Shown piece after piece: positions 8,482-16,069 of a stretch of 24,000 nucleotides of DNA. The position numbers were made by a program, and so were the translations under genes. Source of the DNA: Kordiimonas sp. SCSIO 12603 (GTDB lineage: Bacteria; Pseudomonadota; Alphaproteobacteria; Sphingomonadales; Kordiimonadaceae); NCBI RefSeq assembly GCF_024398035.1, contig NZ_CP073748.1:1377520-1401519 (forward strand), given 5' to 3'. The notes under the pieces were generated by a model. It saw nothing but the letters and a program-made list of their open reading frames with translations. It did not search any database and was not told where the DNA came from. Numbering within the stretch: the first letter of the stretch is position 1; every line of letters begins with the position of its first letter.

Positions 8482-10809
8482 ATGTATATGTTGTTCGAGT
8501 ATTTTTGGTTAGGGTTGTTTCCGACGCTACCATTCAAGTTTTTTTTATATGTGTTGCAAAGTTTTTTGCAAATCGGTTGGGAGCTTTGGCTGGTTTCGCT
8601 GATATTGTTTAGTTCATCTTATTTGTTTTGCAAATCGTTTGTTGATGAAGAAAGTGATACGGCTGAGACCGATGGTTTTAAGATTTCCAATAAAACTATG
8701 GTGCACTCAGCTAGTGTAAACATATCTGAAGATAGGCTAGGCTATGCACTGTTTGCAAAAAAGATAGCTAGGGCACTTGAGAGGCCTGATAAAGGTGATG
8801 GTTTTGTAGTTGGAATTGAAGGAGGTTGGGGGATTGGAAAAACCACACTTATAAATTACGTAAAATTGTCATTTAAGTCAGAGACGAAGCATATCTCTTT
8901 CTCGCCTTGGTTGATAAGCGATAGAGATAAATTGATATACTCTTTGTTGATGGAGCTAGAGTATAAAATTCAAGAAGACAAACTTCTCCCATATAAAGAT
9001 ATTCAGTCGTTGAGGGATTATTCTCGACGTTTTTCGGAGCGTGTTGGGCCGATTGTGAAACTGATGGATACATTGAAAGCTTTGCCTTTCAGTATGGTGT
9101 CTTTTGATGCATTTACTAGTCTTTTGAAATCTGATCAAAAACCACTCGAAGATTTAAAGTCTGATGTTGTCTCCGGGTTACAGAAGTTACCAAATCATTT
9201 TATTATCTTTATTGATGACCTCGATCGTTTGGAACCCTCTGAGGTTGTTGAAGTTTTAAGAATGGTTAGGGCTGCCGTCGAGTTTCCAAACATAACATAT
9301 GTGTTTAGCTATGATGAAGATAACGTAGCAAAGGCGGTATCTAATCATTTCCAAATTGATAACGGTTACGATTATTTAGGGAAGATTATCAATGCAAAGT
9401 TTGTGGTGCCTAAGCCTGAACAAGATGATTTGCTGACTTGGTTTTTTGACGAATGTTATAGTTTGTATGAACAGGTGCTCGGCCTGACAAATCTTAGAAT
9501 TATCCGAACTGATTTGCTTGCGATAAGGAATTTAGTGAATTTAGAAACGCCTAGGCAGGTGTTGACACTAATAAACTCAATTAAAATGAGGTGGCCATCC
9601 GTAGCTGAAAATGTAAGTTTTCGCGATTTTATATGGTTGGAAGCAATTAAGTATGACAACCCAGTTTTATACAAAGCGATTGAATATTATGTGACAAGTT
9701 ATTTTAGAATTCAGGATACTAAGCACAAACGGATATGGATGGATCGGCTGAAAGATCAGGTACAAAAGGCATTTGATCCAGAACGTAGAACAGATGACTA
9801 TAGTAATGCCGCTCTCAGTATGCTTCTTCCGGGTTCTTCAGGAGGGAGCACATTACAGTTATTTGAGAATGAGAGCGAAACGAAAATTGTTGAAAATAGA
9901 CAATTTAAAAGACTAGCCAGTGTGAATTATTATAAGTATTTTTTCCTTCACGATGCAGGAATTGGTCATCTTTCCGATAGAGAATTCTCCGACGCTTTGA
10001 ACGCTCTGGAAACACGTGAAGGCGCGATAGAAGTATTACGCTTTTTAGGTGATGAAGTTCGCTCTAATGGTTCGACTAAGTTAGATAGTTTTTTGTACCG
10101 TATTCAAAACGAAGATATCAACCTCATCTCAAAAGATGTTGCGTGTAATATGATAATCGGACTGGCCGACTACATGGACGAATATCTCCTGAAGGATGGG
10201 AATGAGCATTGGGGGCGTATCCTTATATGGAGTGTTGCCACGGTTATCCTATCGAGGTTTATCAAGTTAGTTCAGGGTATTGAGCGTGGAAACTTATTGA
10301 TTGATATATGTAATAATCTTAAAGCAAAAAGTTGGTTTACTATAGATTTTCTGTGGAACGAAATGATAGCTCATGGTGAAACGGAGCATGCAAGTAAGCC
10401 TGAAGATCAGTGGTTGCTAAACTCTGAGGAGCTAAACTCGTTAAAGTGTTATCTGATCGATAACGTATACGAAAATATGTCCGAATCTATAGCAGATGTC
10501 CCACAGTTTTTTGACTATATCTACACTTGGTGGGAAATTCACCACCCATCTCTAAAAAAATGGTGGAATATGGTTTCGGTATCAGATGAAAAGGTTTTAG
10601 AAATATTATTGAGGTTACGTAATCTATCTACAGCAGAAATAAGGCCATTAGATATAGATCAAGTAAGAGCGTATTTCGATATACATGTAGGTCATTTACT
10701 CATAGGTATTAGCGATAGAAATCCTGGAAATCAGGAAATTCATAGAAAAATTAATATCTTAGATGCGGCTATAGAAGCCGGAAATAACCGAGTTTATAAA
10801 AAGAAATAA
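8482..10809 (+). CDS. KAP-family P-loop NTPase with N-terminal hydrophobic (2-helix) region
   Basis: N-terminal DRLGYALFAKKIARAL lead-in. Walker A GGWGIGKT (8821-8844). KAP-type Walker B IIFIDDLDRLEPSEVVEVLRMVR (from 9202). ETPRQVLTLINS (from 9544) matches the KAP NPR..KR.iN motif. About 400 aa of helical C-terminal region follow. The first ~55 aa (FWLGLFPTLPFKFFLYVLQSFL, WELWLVSLILFSSSYLF) are hydrophobic. A strong SD GGTGGGGG lies immediately upstream of ATG 8482/8488. Confidence 0.85.
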   Translation: MYMLFEYFWLGLFPTLPFKFFLYVLQSFLQIGWELWLVSLILFSSSYLFCKSFVDEESDTAETDGFKISNKTMVHSASVNISEDRLGYALFAKKIARALERPDKGDGFVVGIEGGWGIGKTTLINYVKLSFKSETKHISFSPWLISDRDKLIYSLLMELEYKIQEDKLLPYKDIQSLRDYSRRFSERVGPIVKLMDTLKALPFSMVSFDAFTSLLKSDQKPLEDLKSDVVSGLQKLPNHFIIFIDDLDRLEPSEVVEVLRMVRAAVEFPNITYVFSYDEDNVAKAVSNHFQIDNGYDYLGKIINAKFVVPKPEQDDLLTWFFDECYSLYEQVLGLTNLRIIRTDLLAIRNLVNLETPRQVLTLINSIKMRWPSVAENVSFRDFIWLEAIKYDNPVLYKAIEYYVTSYFRIQDTKHKRIWMDRLKDQVQKAFDPERRTDDYSNAALSMLLPGSSGGSTLQLFENESETKIVENRQFKRLASVNYYKYFFLHDAGIGHLSDREFSDALNALETREGAIEVLRFLGDEVRSNGSTKLDSFLYRIQNEDINLISKDVACNMIIGLADYMDEYLLKDGNEHWGRILIWSVATVILSRFIKLVQGIERGNLLIDICNNLKAKSWFTIDFLWNEMIAHGETEHASKPEDQWLLNSEELNSLKCYLIDNVYENMSESIADVPQFFDYIYTWWEIHHPSLKKWWNMVSVSDEKVLEILLRLRNLSTAEIRPLDIDQVRAYFDIHVGHLLIGISDRNPGNQEIHRKINILDAAIEAGNNRVYKKK

Positions 10810-10821
10810 TACGTTATTGAT

Positions 10822-12000
10822 TTACCCCAAAAACGTCTCAAGTCGTGCGGCGATGTTCTCACGCAAGTTCATATAAAACAGCGCCATATCCAGGTTATGG
10901 TAATTGCCGCCGAAAATGCCTGCATTGAGGGGCGCTTGCTCGGGTTTTGAGATTTTCAGGAAACCATGCTCATCAAGCTGGGCATCTGTGCCCGGCAGCA
11001 TGGGGCCGATAAGCCCGCTGCACTTAAGGCCGAGCGGAGTATCTGCACCTGCAGCGTACAGCTTTGGCAGCAAGTTCATATCATTTGGCACTGGTGTGCA
11101 GATGCCTTTGTGCAGGCTTTTATCTGCGTGGGCACCATCCGCTTTCCAGTTAAGGGGATTAATAGCTTTTACAGGCGTCGCCGCACGGCGGAACCAGCCT
11201 GATTTAGCCCAGTGTTCAGCCGCATCGGGTTGATGAAGGGCATCTGTGCCTTCAAGGAACGTGTCGTATGCCACAAACACGCCCGTATCATCCGCAGCTG
11301 TTGCAGGTGCAGCAATATGGGCCATATCTTTTACGTTTTCGTCTGTCACTTTAAAGCCGATCAGGTAGGCGGCGATAAAGCGTTCCTTAAGCGCGGGATC
11401 ATCAAATTCTTCTGCAAGCAGCCGCATAGCCATGGCGCAGCCCTGGCTGTGGCCCGCAATGAAAAACGGCCTGCCGCCATTTTCAACGTCAATGAAATGT
11501 TTGAATGCCCGGCGCACATCACGGAATGCGAGATCAAGGGCTGCGCGCCCGCTTTCACTTGGGTTGAAGAAAACTGAAAGGGTTGCCTGCCTGTAGCGCG
11601 GCGCGAAAATGCGGCAGCTGCCGTTAAAGATGCTGGCTTGCCCCGGCATGATTACATGGTCCACCACTTCATCAGCGCGGTTGCCGCCAATGGCTGCGTT
11701 CCATGTGCGGGTGCCTACATAAGTGGTGGGATGAATATAAAACACATCCGCCAGTGTATCTTCCGCGTTAGTGCGCTCAATACCTTCTGGCGTTAAGGCG
11801 GCGTTGCCTAGCTTGCCGGGTTTTGCGGCCCACATATCATCATCTGTATAGTCTGGCTCAAGTGGTGGTGTTTTTTCATCGAACGTATGGTTCGGGTGGA
11901 TGGCTTCCAGCCACAATTGCAAACTGGATTTACCGGATGCCTGAGTAGAAGATTTATGAGTAGAAGAATTACCAGAGGAAGTAACAGAAAGATCGTCCAC
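10822..12000 (-). CDS. DUF3089 domain-containing alpha/beta hydrolase (lipase-like)
   Basis: DUF3089 hallmarks are DVFYIHPTTY, FAPRYRQATL and the nucleophile elbow FFIAGHSQGCAM (GHSQG). GTG start. The N-terminal ~30 aa are Ser/Thr-rich with no obvious signal peptide, so the start is uncertain. Confidence 0.8.
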   Translation of the reverse strand: MDDLSVTSSGNSSTHKSSTQASGKSSLQLWLEAIHPNHTFDEKTPPLEPDYTDDDMWAAKPGKLGNAALTPEGIERTNAEDTLADVFYIHPTTYVGTRTWNAAIGGNRADEVVDHVIMPGQASIFNGSCRIFAPRYRQATLSVFFNPSESGRAALDLAFRDVRRAFKHFIDVENGGRPFFIAGHSQGCAMAMRLLAEEFDDPALKERFIAAYLIGFKVTDENVKDMAHIAAPATAADDTGVFVAYDTFLEGTDALHQPDAAEHWAKSGWFRRAATPVKAINPLNWKADGAHADKSLHKGICTPVPNDMNLLPKLYAAGADTPLGLKCSGLIGPMLPGTDAQLDEHGFLKISKPEQAPLNAGIFGGNYHNLDMALFYMNLRENIAARLETFLG

Positions 12001-12081
12001 AAGAATACCCCAACCGAAAACGAATAAATGAATATTTGTCCATATAGGATGGAAAGCTTAAGATTCCACCCTCACAATGGT

Positions 12082-12636
12082 TTAAATTTTAATGGCCTGC
12101 ATGATAATGCGCCGATCTGTCTCGCCTACGCTACGGAACGGGTAACAGCTGACTAGCAGGATTTGCTCCGCCGCTGATTGCGGCACCGAAAGCGCATCTT
12201 TATGTGCCACCCACGCGCGGGTGAGACGAAAGCTTTCTTCAGCACCATCAAGGGTTTTAAAGGTGAGGATATCCCCGTCCTCAAGATGCTCTAGGAACGC
12301 GAAATGGGTATCCCGGTGCCCAAATACGATAGGGGTGCCGCTCACCTCAGCCATTACGGGGCCAAACGCGAGCGCGCGCATATTATCCCCTGCCAGCACA
12401 TAGTGGGTGATGCCTTTATCCGGCAGGCTGAGTTTCGCCACCGGGTGTGTGTCCGCCCATGACCACGGCTTTAGGGGCTTGCCCGTTTTCAGGCTTTCTT
12501 CCCATGCGGATTTCACCAGCACTGGGGCGAGGGCGGCCTTGGCAGCGATGATCGCACCGCCGCCAAGTTGCCACAGGCCAAGCGCTGTGAGGAGGGCAGC
12601 GCCAGCCATGATGGTTTTATGTTTCCTACGCTTCAC
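12082..12636 (-). CDS. Sortase, proteobacterial (class GN / marine proteobacterial type)
   Basis: N-terminal membrane anchor MKRRKHKTIMAGAALLTALGLWQL, catalytic His context VFGHRDTHF, Cys context ILLVSCYPF, and a downstream Arg (TDRRII). GTG start overlaps the 3' end of the upstream substrate gene by 11 nt. Confidence 0.8.
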   Translation of the reverse strand: MKRRKHKTIMAGAALLTALGLWQLGGGAIIAAKAALAPVLVKSAWEESLKTGKPLKPWSWADTHPVAKLSLPDKGITHYVLAGDNMRALAFGPVMAEVSGTPIVFGHRDTHFAFLEHLEDGDILTFKTLDGAEESFRLTRAWVAHKDALSVPQSAAEQILLVSCYPFRSVGETDRRIIMQAIKI

Positions 12637-14743
12637 GGCGTGCCTCCCGGCGTAGCCACAAGATAAGCTCGGTGGCGAACAGCAGCAGGATAAAACCAGT
12701 GATCAGCTTCAGGTCTTTCATCGTGGCTGTTTGTGGGCCAGAGAAGTTTGACTGCGCCATCATTTGCGGTGCGCTAACACGGCGAAGTTTCATACCTTTC
12801 GGCAGGTTTTCAGGAACGATACTGTCTTGCGCTGAGGTGCCTTGCGGGCGGCTGATTTTTTCCTCTACTGCTACAAAGCTTGTATATTTGCTGACAATTT
12901 GGTGCGTGAGCGCTGTTTTCAGAATTTGTGCTTTTGCTTCTTCCTGCGGTAAGCCCCTGAGTGCGGCATCAGAAATGGCTTCCACTTTCTTGCGTGCCCA
13001 CAGTTTGCTGATACCTTTCCCGTTTTCCATGCGCTTTAGGCGTTCGCTGATCTTCCAGCGTTTGCTGTTTACGCTTTCGCCTTCAAGCCGGATTTTGCTG
13101 TCATCGGTTTTCACCACAAATACCGTTGGGCGGTTGCCGTATAAATCAGGAAGGCGTGTGGGATAAGCTTCAAACATACCGTTTCCTGAAAGCGTGAGTT
13201 TTTGAACGCTTGGGGCGGCCATGTTGCTGAACAACTCTTCCAGTGTTTTCTCCGCTTCCAGTGGATTATCAATTTGCGTGTGGATACCGCGGCCAAATTC
13301 AGCTGCCTTGCGCATAAACCAGCCGTTTGGTGCATTCCCGACACCAACAGTGAACAGGCGTGTGGTACCAAGCTTTTCTTCTACCAGCTTGAACATAGCT
13401 TCTTCGTAGCCAATAGCACCGTCTGTCAGGAACATGATCTGCGGTAGGCTTTTTTCATCGGCGGGAGCTGTTTGGTTCAAATCCAGTGCGTTCACAAGAG
13501 CGGGCATCATTTCGGTCCCACCATCTGCTTCCAAACCCAAAATATAATTTCTGGCTCGATTTACGTTTTCAGCGGTTGCTTGTTGTGTAGCACCAAATAA
13601 ACGACTGTAATCGTTATTGAATTTTATGATATCGAACCTGTCTTCCGTGCGCAGGCGGTCCACCGCTTCAAGAAGGGCACGTTTGGCCTGAACAATAGAG
13701 TGCCCATGCATAGAGCCTGATACATCAATGATAAATTGAATATCTCTTGGTGGTGATTTCTGTAGGCTTTCTTCCTTCTTTGGTGGAATAACTATGCCGA
13801 GAACATATGTGCCACTTTCGGTTTCTTCTTTTATAAACAGCGGTTTGGGTTTGCCCGCAGGTTTATACTCCCAGCGCAGGATAAAATCCCGGTCAGCTGG
13901 TTCGGTATCAGCCCGGAGCGTAATGTGATAGCGGTTTTCTTGCTCGGCAATCCGAATATCATGGCTGGGGCTGGTGAGTTTCTGAACAGCTGCACCAGGC
14001 GCCAAAAAAATATCAAAAACCGCCAAATTCCCAGCGTTTTGAGGATGGCGGTAAATGCCGTGTTTTTGGTGATGCGTAGCGAGCGCGCTTTTGGGTTCAG
14101 GTGTGGGTACCATATCTTCAAGTCGGTGGTACCGAGGTGTAATCGCCTGCGGTAGTTTCCAACTGAAAGTAAGGCCATTTTGCTCCGCATGGGTAATGAA
14201 GGAAATCTCTACCGTAATCACCGCACCCGGCGCCACATTCCCTACCTTTGAACTGAACATGTTTGGCCTTATCTGGCTGAGGAGGGCAGCTTTCTTGCCT
14301 TCTTTCACAGCCTGTTCGTAAATGCGTTTTGCTTCCTGCTTTTCCTTGATTTTTCCTTTGATACGTTTTTCGCCTACCAGCATTTCAAATGCATCAATAG
14401 CGGCAGTATCAGGAAGCGGGAAACGGTATGTGCCGTTAACCCACTGGTCGGTGGTATTCCTGAAGGATTGTTTGACGGTGGTGTAGGCGATGAAGCCGTT
14501 GATCTCTGTTTTCACCTCGCTTGAAAGCTGGAGGGCATCAAGCCATAACTGCGGCATGCCTTCATGCGGGATCGATTTTATTTCAAACCCACCTTCCTGC
14601 CAGCTTCTAAGTTGTTTCTGGTCAGAGCTTGCAGTTGGCGGTGATGTTTCATCCGCGAGTGCAGGTCGGGTGTTTAGAACAAGGCCGAAGGCGAGTGCGG
14701 CGGCTGTATAGGCATAGAGGAGAGGCTGTGAAAAGCGTAGCAT
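12626..14743 (-). CDS. Marine proteobacterial sortase target protein (VIT domain plus von Willebrand factor A domain plus C-terminal sorting signal)
   Basis: Signal peptide LLYAYTAAALAFGLVLNTRPALA. The VIT-like N-terminal half includes TEINGFIAYTTVKQSF..TYRFPLP. The vWA MIDAS motif is FIIDVSGSMHG...GGTEM...FLTDG. The C-terminal signal is GPQTAT (12722-12739), then a hydrophobic helix, then RREARREA. Architecture and the adjacent sortase match the known dedicated sortase-substrate pair. Confidence 0.85.
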   Translation of the reverse strand: MLRFSQPLLYAYTAAALAFGLVLNTRPALADETSPPTASSDQKQLRSWQEGGFEIKSIPHEGMPQLWLDALQLSSEVKTEINGFIAYTTVKQSFRNTTDQWVNGTYRFPLPDTAAIDAFEMLVGEKRIKGKIKEKQEAKRIYEQAVKEGKKAALLSQIRPNMFSSKVGNVAPGAVITVEISFITHAEQNGLTFSWKLPQAITPRYHRLEDMVPTPEPKSALATHHQKHGIYRHPQNAGNLAVFDIFLAPGAAVQKLTSPSHDIRIAEQENRYHITLRADTEPADRDFILRWEYKPAGKPKPLFIKEETESGTYVLGIVIPPKKEESLQKSPPRDIQFIIDVSGSMHGHSIVQAKRALLEAVDRLRTEDRFDIIKFNNDYSRLFGATQQATAENVNRARNYILGLEADGGTEMMPALVNALDLNQTAPADEKSLPQIMFLTDGAIGYEEAMFKLVEEKLGTTRLFTVGVGNAPNGWFMRKAAEFGRGIHTQIDNPLEAEKTLEELFSNMAAPSVQKLTLSGNGMFEAYPTRLPDLYGNRPTVFVVKTDDSKIRLEGESVNSKRWKISERLKRMENGKGISKLWARKKVEAISDAALRGLPQEEAKAQILKTALTHQIVSKYTSFVAVEEKISRPQGTSAQDSIVPENLPKGMKLRRVSAPQMMAQSNFSGPQTATMKDLKLITGFILLLFATELILWLRREARREA

Positions 14744-14834
14744 GATGATATCCCGTTCTGATCTGTTGGGATAACTCTGCCTATAGAATAGGGTGGTTGC
14801 CTGCCGAGATAGTGGCAGGCTTGAGAAACATTAA

Positions 14835-14866
14835 GGCGAACTCATGCCGAAGAAACGCAGTTCGCC
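14835..14866 (-). terminator. Possible terminator hairpin downstream of the PEP-CTERM gene
   Basis: 8-bp stem ggcgaact (14835-14842) pairs with agttcgcc (14859-14866). On the - strand it is followed by TTAATGTTTCTC, only a moderately T-rich tail. Confidence 0.4.
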
Positions 14867-14875
14867 CTGTTTGCC

Positions 14876-15610
14876 TTATTTATGAATACGGCGATTTGTT
14901 TTCACACGAACAAGAGCAGGGCGCTGTTGACGGAAATATGCAAGACCAAACATAAGCGGAAGTAGAAGCAGGATCGCAGATGGTTCAGGCACTGCTGCTG
15001 GTTCAACCGTAATGGTGGTGGTTGCAAAACCGGTATCCCGTGCGCCGTTAATCTGTGGCTGATTACTGTTTGGAATAATCGTACAACCCGCTGGCTGGAA
15101 CGTAATCAGTGACGTGATTAAACCACAGTCGCCGCCCGGGGTAACAATATCGCCGTTTGCAAGTGCAACAAGCTCACCCTGAGGCAAGGTAATCGCCAAA
15201 CCAAGCAGGTAATTCCCCGGTGAAGAAAATACGGTACCGGCACCTGTTGCGAAGGTTGTTGTAAGGCCACCTGCAACATCGGCACCGCTGAATGTTGCAA
15301 TAATGTTCGCTGCCGTTAGTGCGGTTGCAGATGCTTCTGACGCATAATAGGTAAGCTCAAAGCTTGAAAGATCAGGGATGTCGCACAAACTCCAGCGAGG
15401 TTGCGTGCCAATGTTTGCACCTGTCACGGGGCCTTGAATAAGAGCGGAACCACAAGCGTTGATGGTAAGATCTTCACCAAGACCTACAGGCGCATATGTT
15501 CCTACATCAGAGAAGGTATCGGTGTAGAAATCAAATGTTCTTGCTTGTGCTGTTTCACCACTGAGGGCGAAACCAAAAAATGCAGCTGCAATAGCAATCT
15601 TCTTAAACAC
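14876..15610 (-). CDS. PEP-CTERM sorting domain-containing secreted protein
   Basis: Signal peptide MFKKIAIAAAFFGFALSGETAQA. The C-terminus VPEPSAILLLLPLMFGLAYFRQQR... (14879-14992) is a canonical PEP-CTERM motif (PEP, TM helix, basic cluster). GTG start is preceded by AAAGGA with a 7-nt spacer. Confidence 0.8.
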   Translation of the reverse strand: MFKKIAIAAAFFGFALSGETAQARTFDFYTDTFSDVGTYAPVGLGEDLTINACGSALIQGPVTGANIGTQPRWSLCDIPDLSSFELTYYASEASATALTAANIIATFSGADVAGGLTTTFATGAGTVFSSPGNYLLGLAITLPQGELVALANGDIVTPGGDCGLITSLITFQPAGCTIIPNSNQPQINGARDTGFATTTITVEPAAVPEPSAILLLLPLMFGLAYFRQQRPALVRVKTNRRIHK

Positions 15611-16069
15611 GATAGTATCCTTTAGTTACTCGTGACCGTATGAATAAGTTTCACATCTTTAATATTTCTAATCTACATAGGTTGTATAAAGAAAAAGTAA
15701 AGAGCGTATTTGCAGAGATATAGGCGTTTTGTCTGGGAATGTACCGCGAAAAAAAGTGCCTAGCGTAAACGTGAGGTTATAGAGGGTATTACTAAACGGG
15801 TTTAAGCTATAGTTATGAAAGAGGTTTCTCTGCGATTTTCAGTTGGCCGCACTTTGAAAACATTTTACCGCAATTTCCACCTTTCACCGGAAAAGTATGG
15901 CATCAGCATCTCAGGGAAAGTGCAATAGTATAACCTGAACGGCATTATGCTTAAGTTTACAGAAGGGGTGAACTTAGGTTTTGTCCAAAGATAATATACA
16001 GGCCATCGCAAATCCGCTGTTTGAGTAAGGGCAAACAGCAAACTGTAATGATGCGAGAGCGAGGAAATA

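Noticed and set aside
8406-10821. Direct repeats, att sites, integrase or transposase flanking the KAP NTPase insertion
   Set aside because: Only trivial AT-rich similarities (TAATAA-type strings at about 8415 and about 10806) were found by eye, and there is no mobility gene or tRNA nearby. Low GC is also not unique to this gene: the histidine kinase (22665 onward) and the 2195-3429 genes are also rather AT-rich. Horizontal acquisition is therefore inferred, not demonstrated.
12001-12057. In-frame hydrophobic stretch (IHLFVFGWGILV) just upstream of the DUF3089 GTG start, which could be a lost signal peptide
   Set aside because: No ATG, GTG or TTG codon precedes it before the in-frame stop at 12058-12060; only ATT and ATA are available. 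No SD is present either, so it cannot be supported as coding from sequence alone.
15880-16000. Possible TPP or cobalamin riboswitch upstream of the TonB-dependent receptor (AACCTGAACGGCATTATGC resembles the THI-box ACCUGAUCUGGAUAAUGCCAGCG; GGGAAAGTGC resembles part of the B12 element)
   Set aside because: The obligatory CUGAGA element and the P4/P5 pairing geometry of the TPP aptamer are missing. No B12 box (GCCACUG-like) is present. The resemblance is limited to a few nucleotides in AT-rich DNA.
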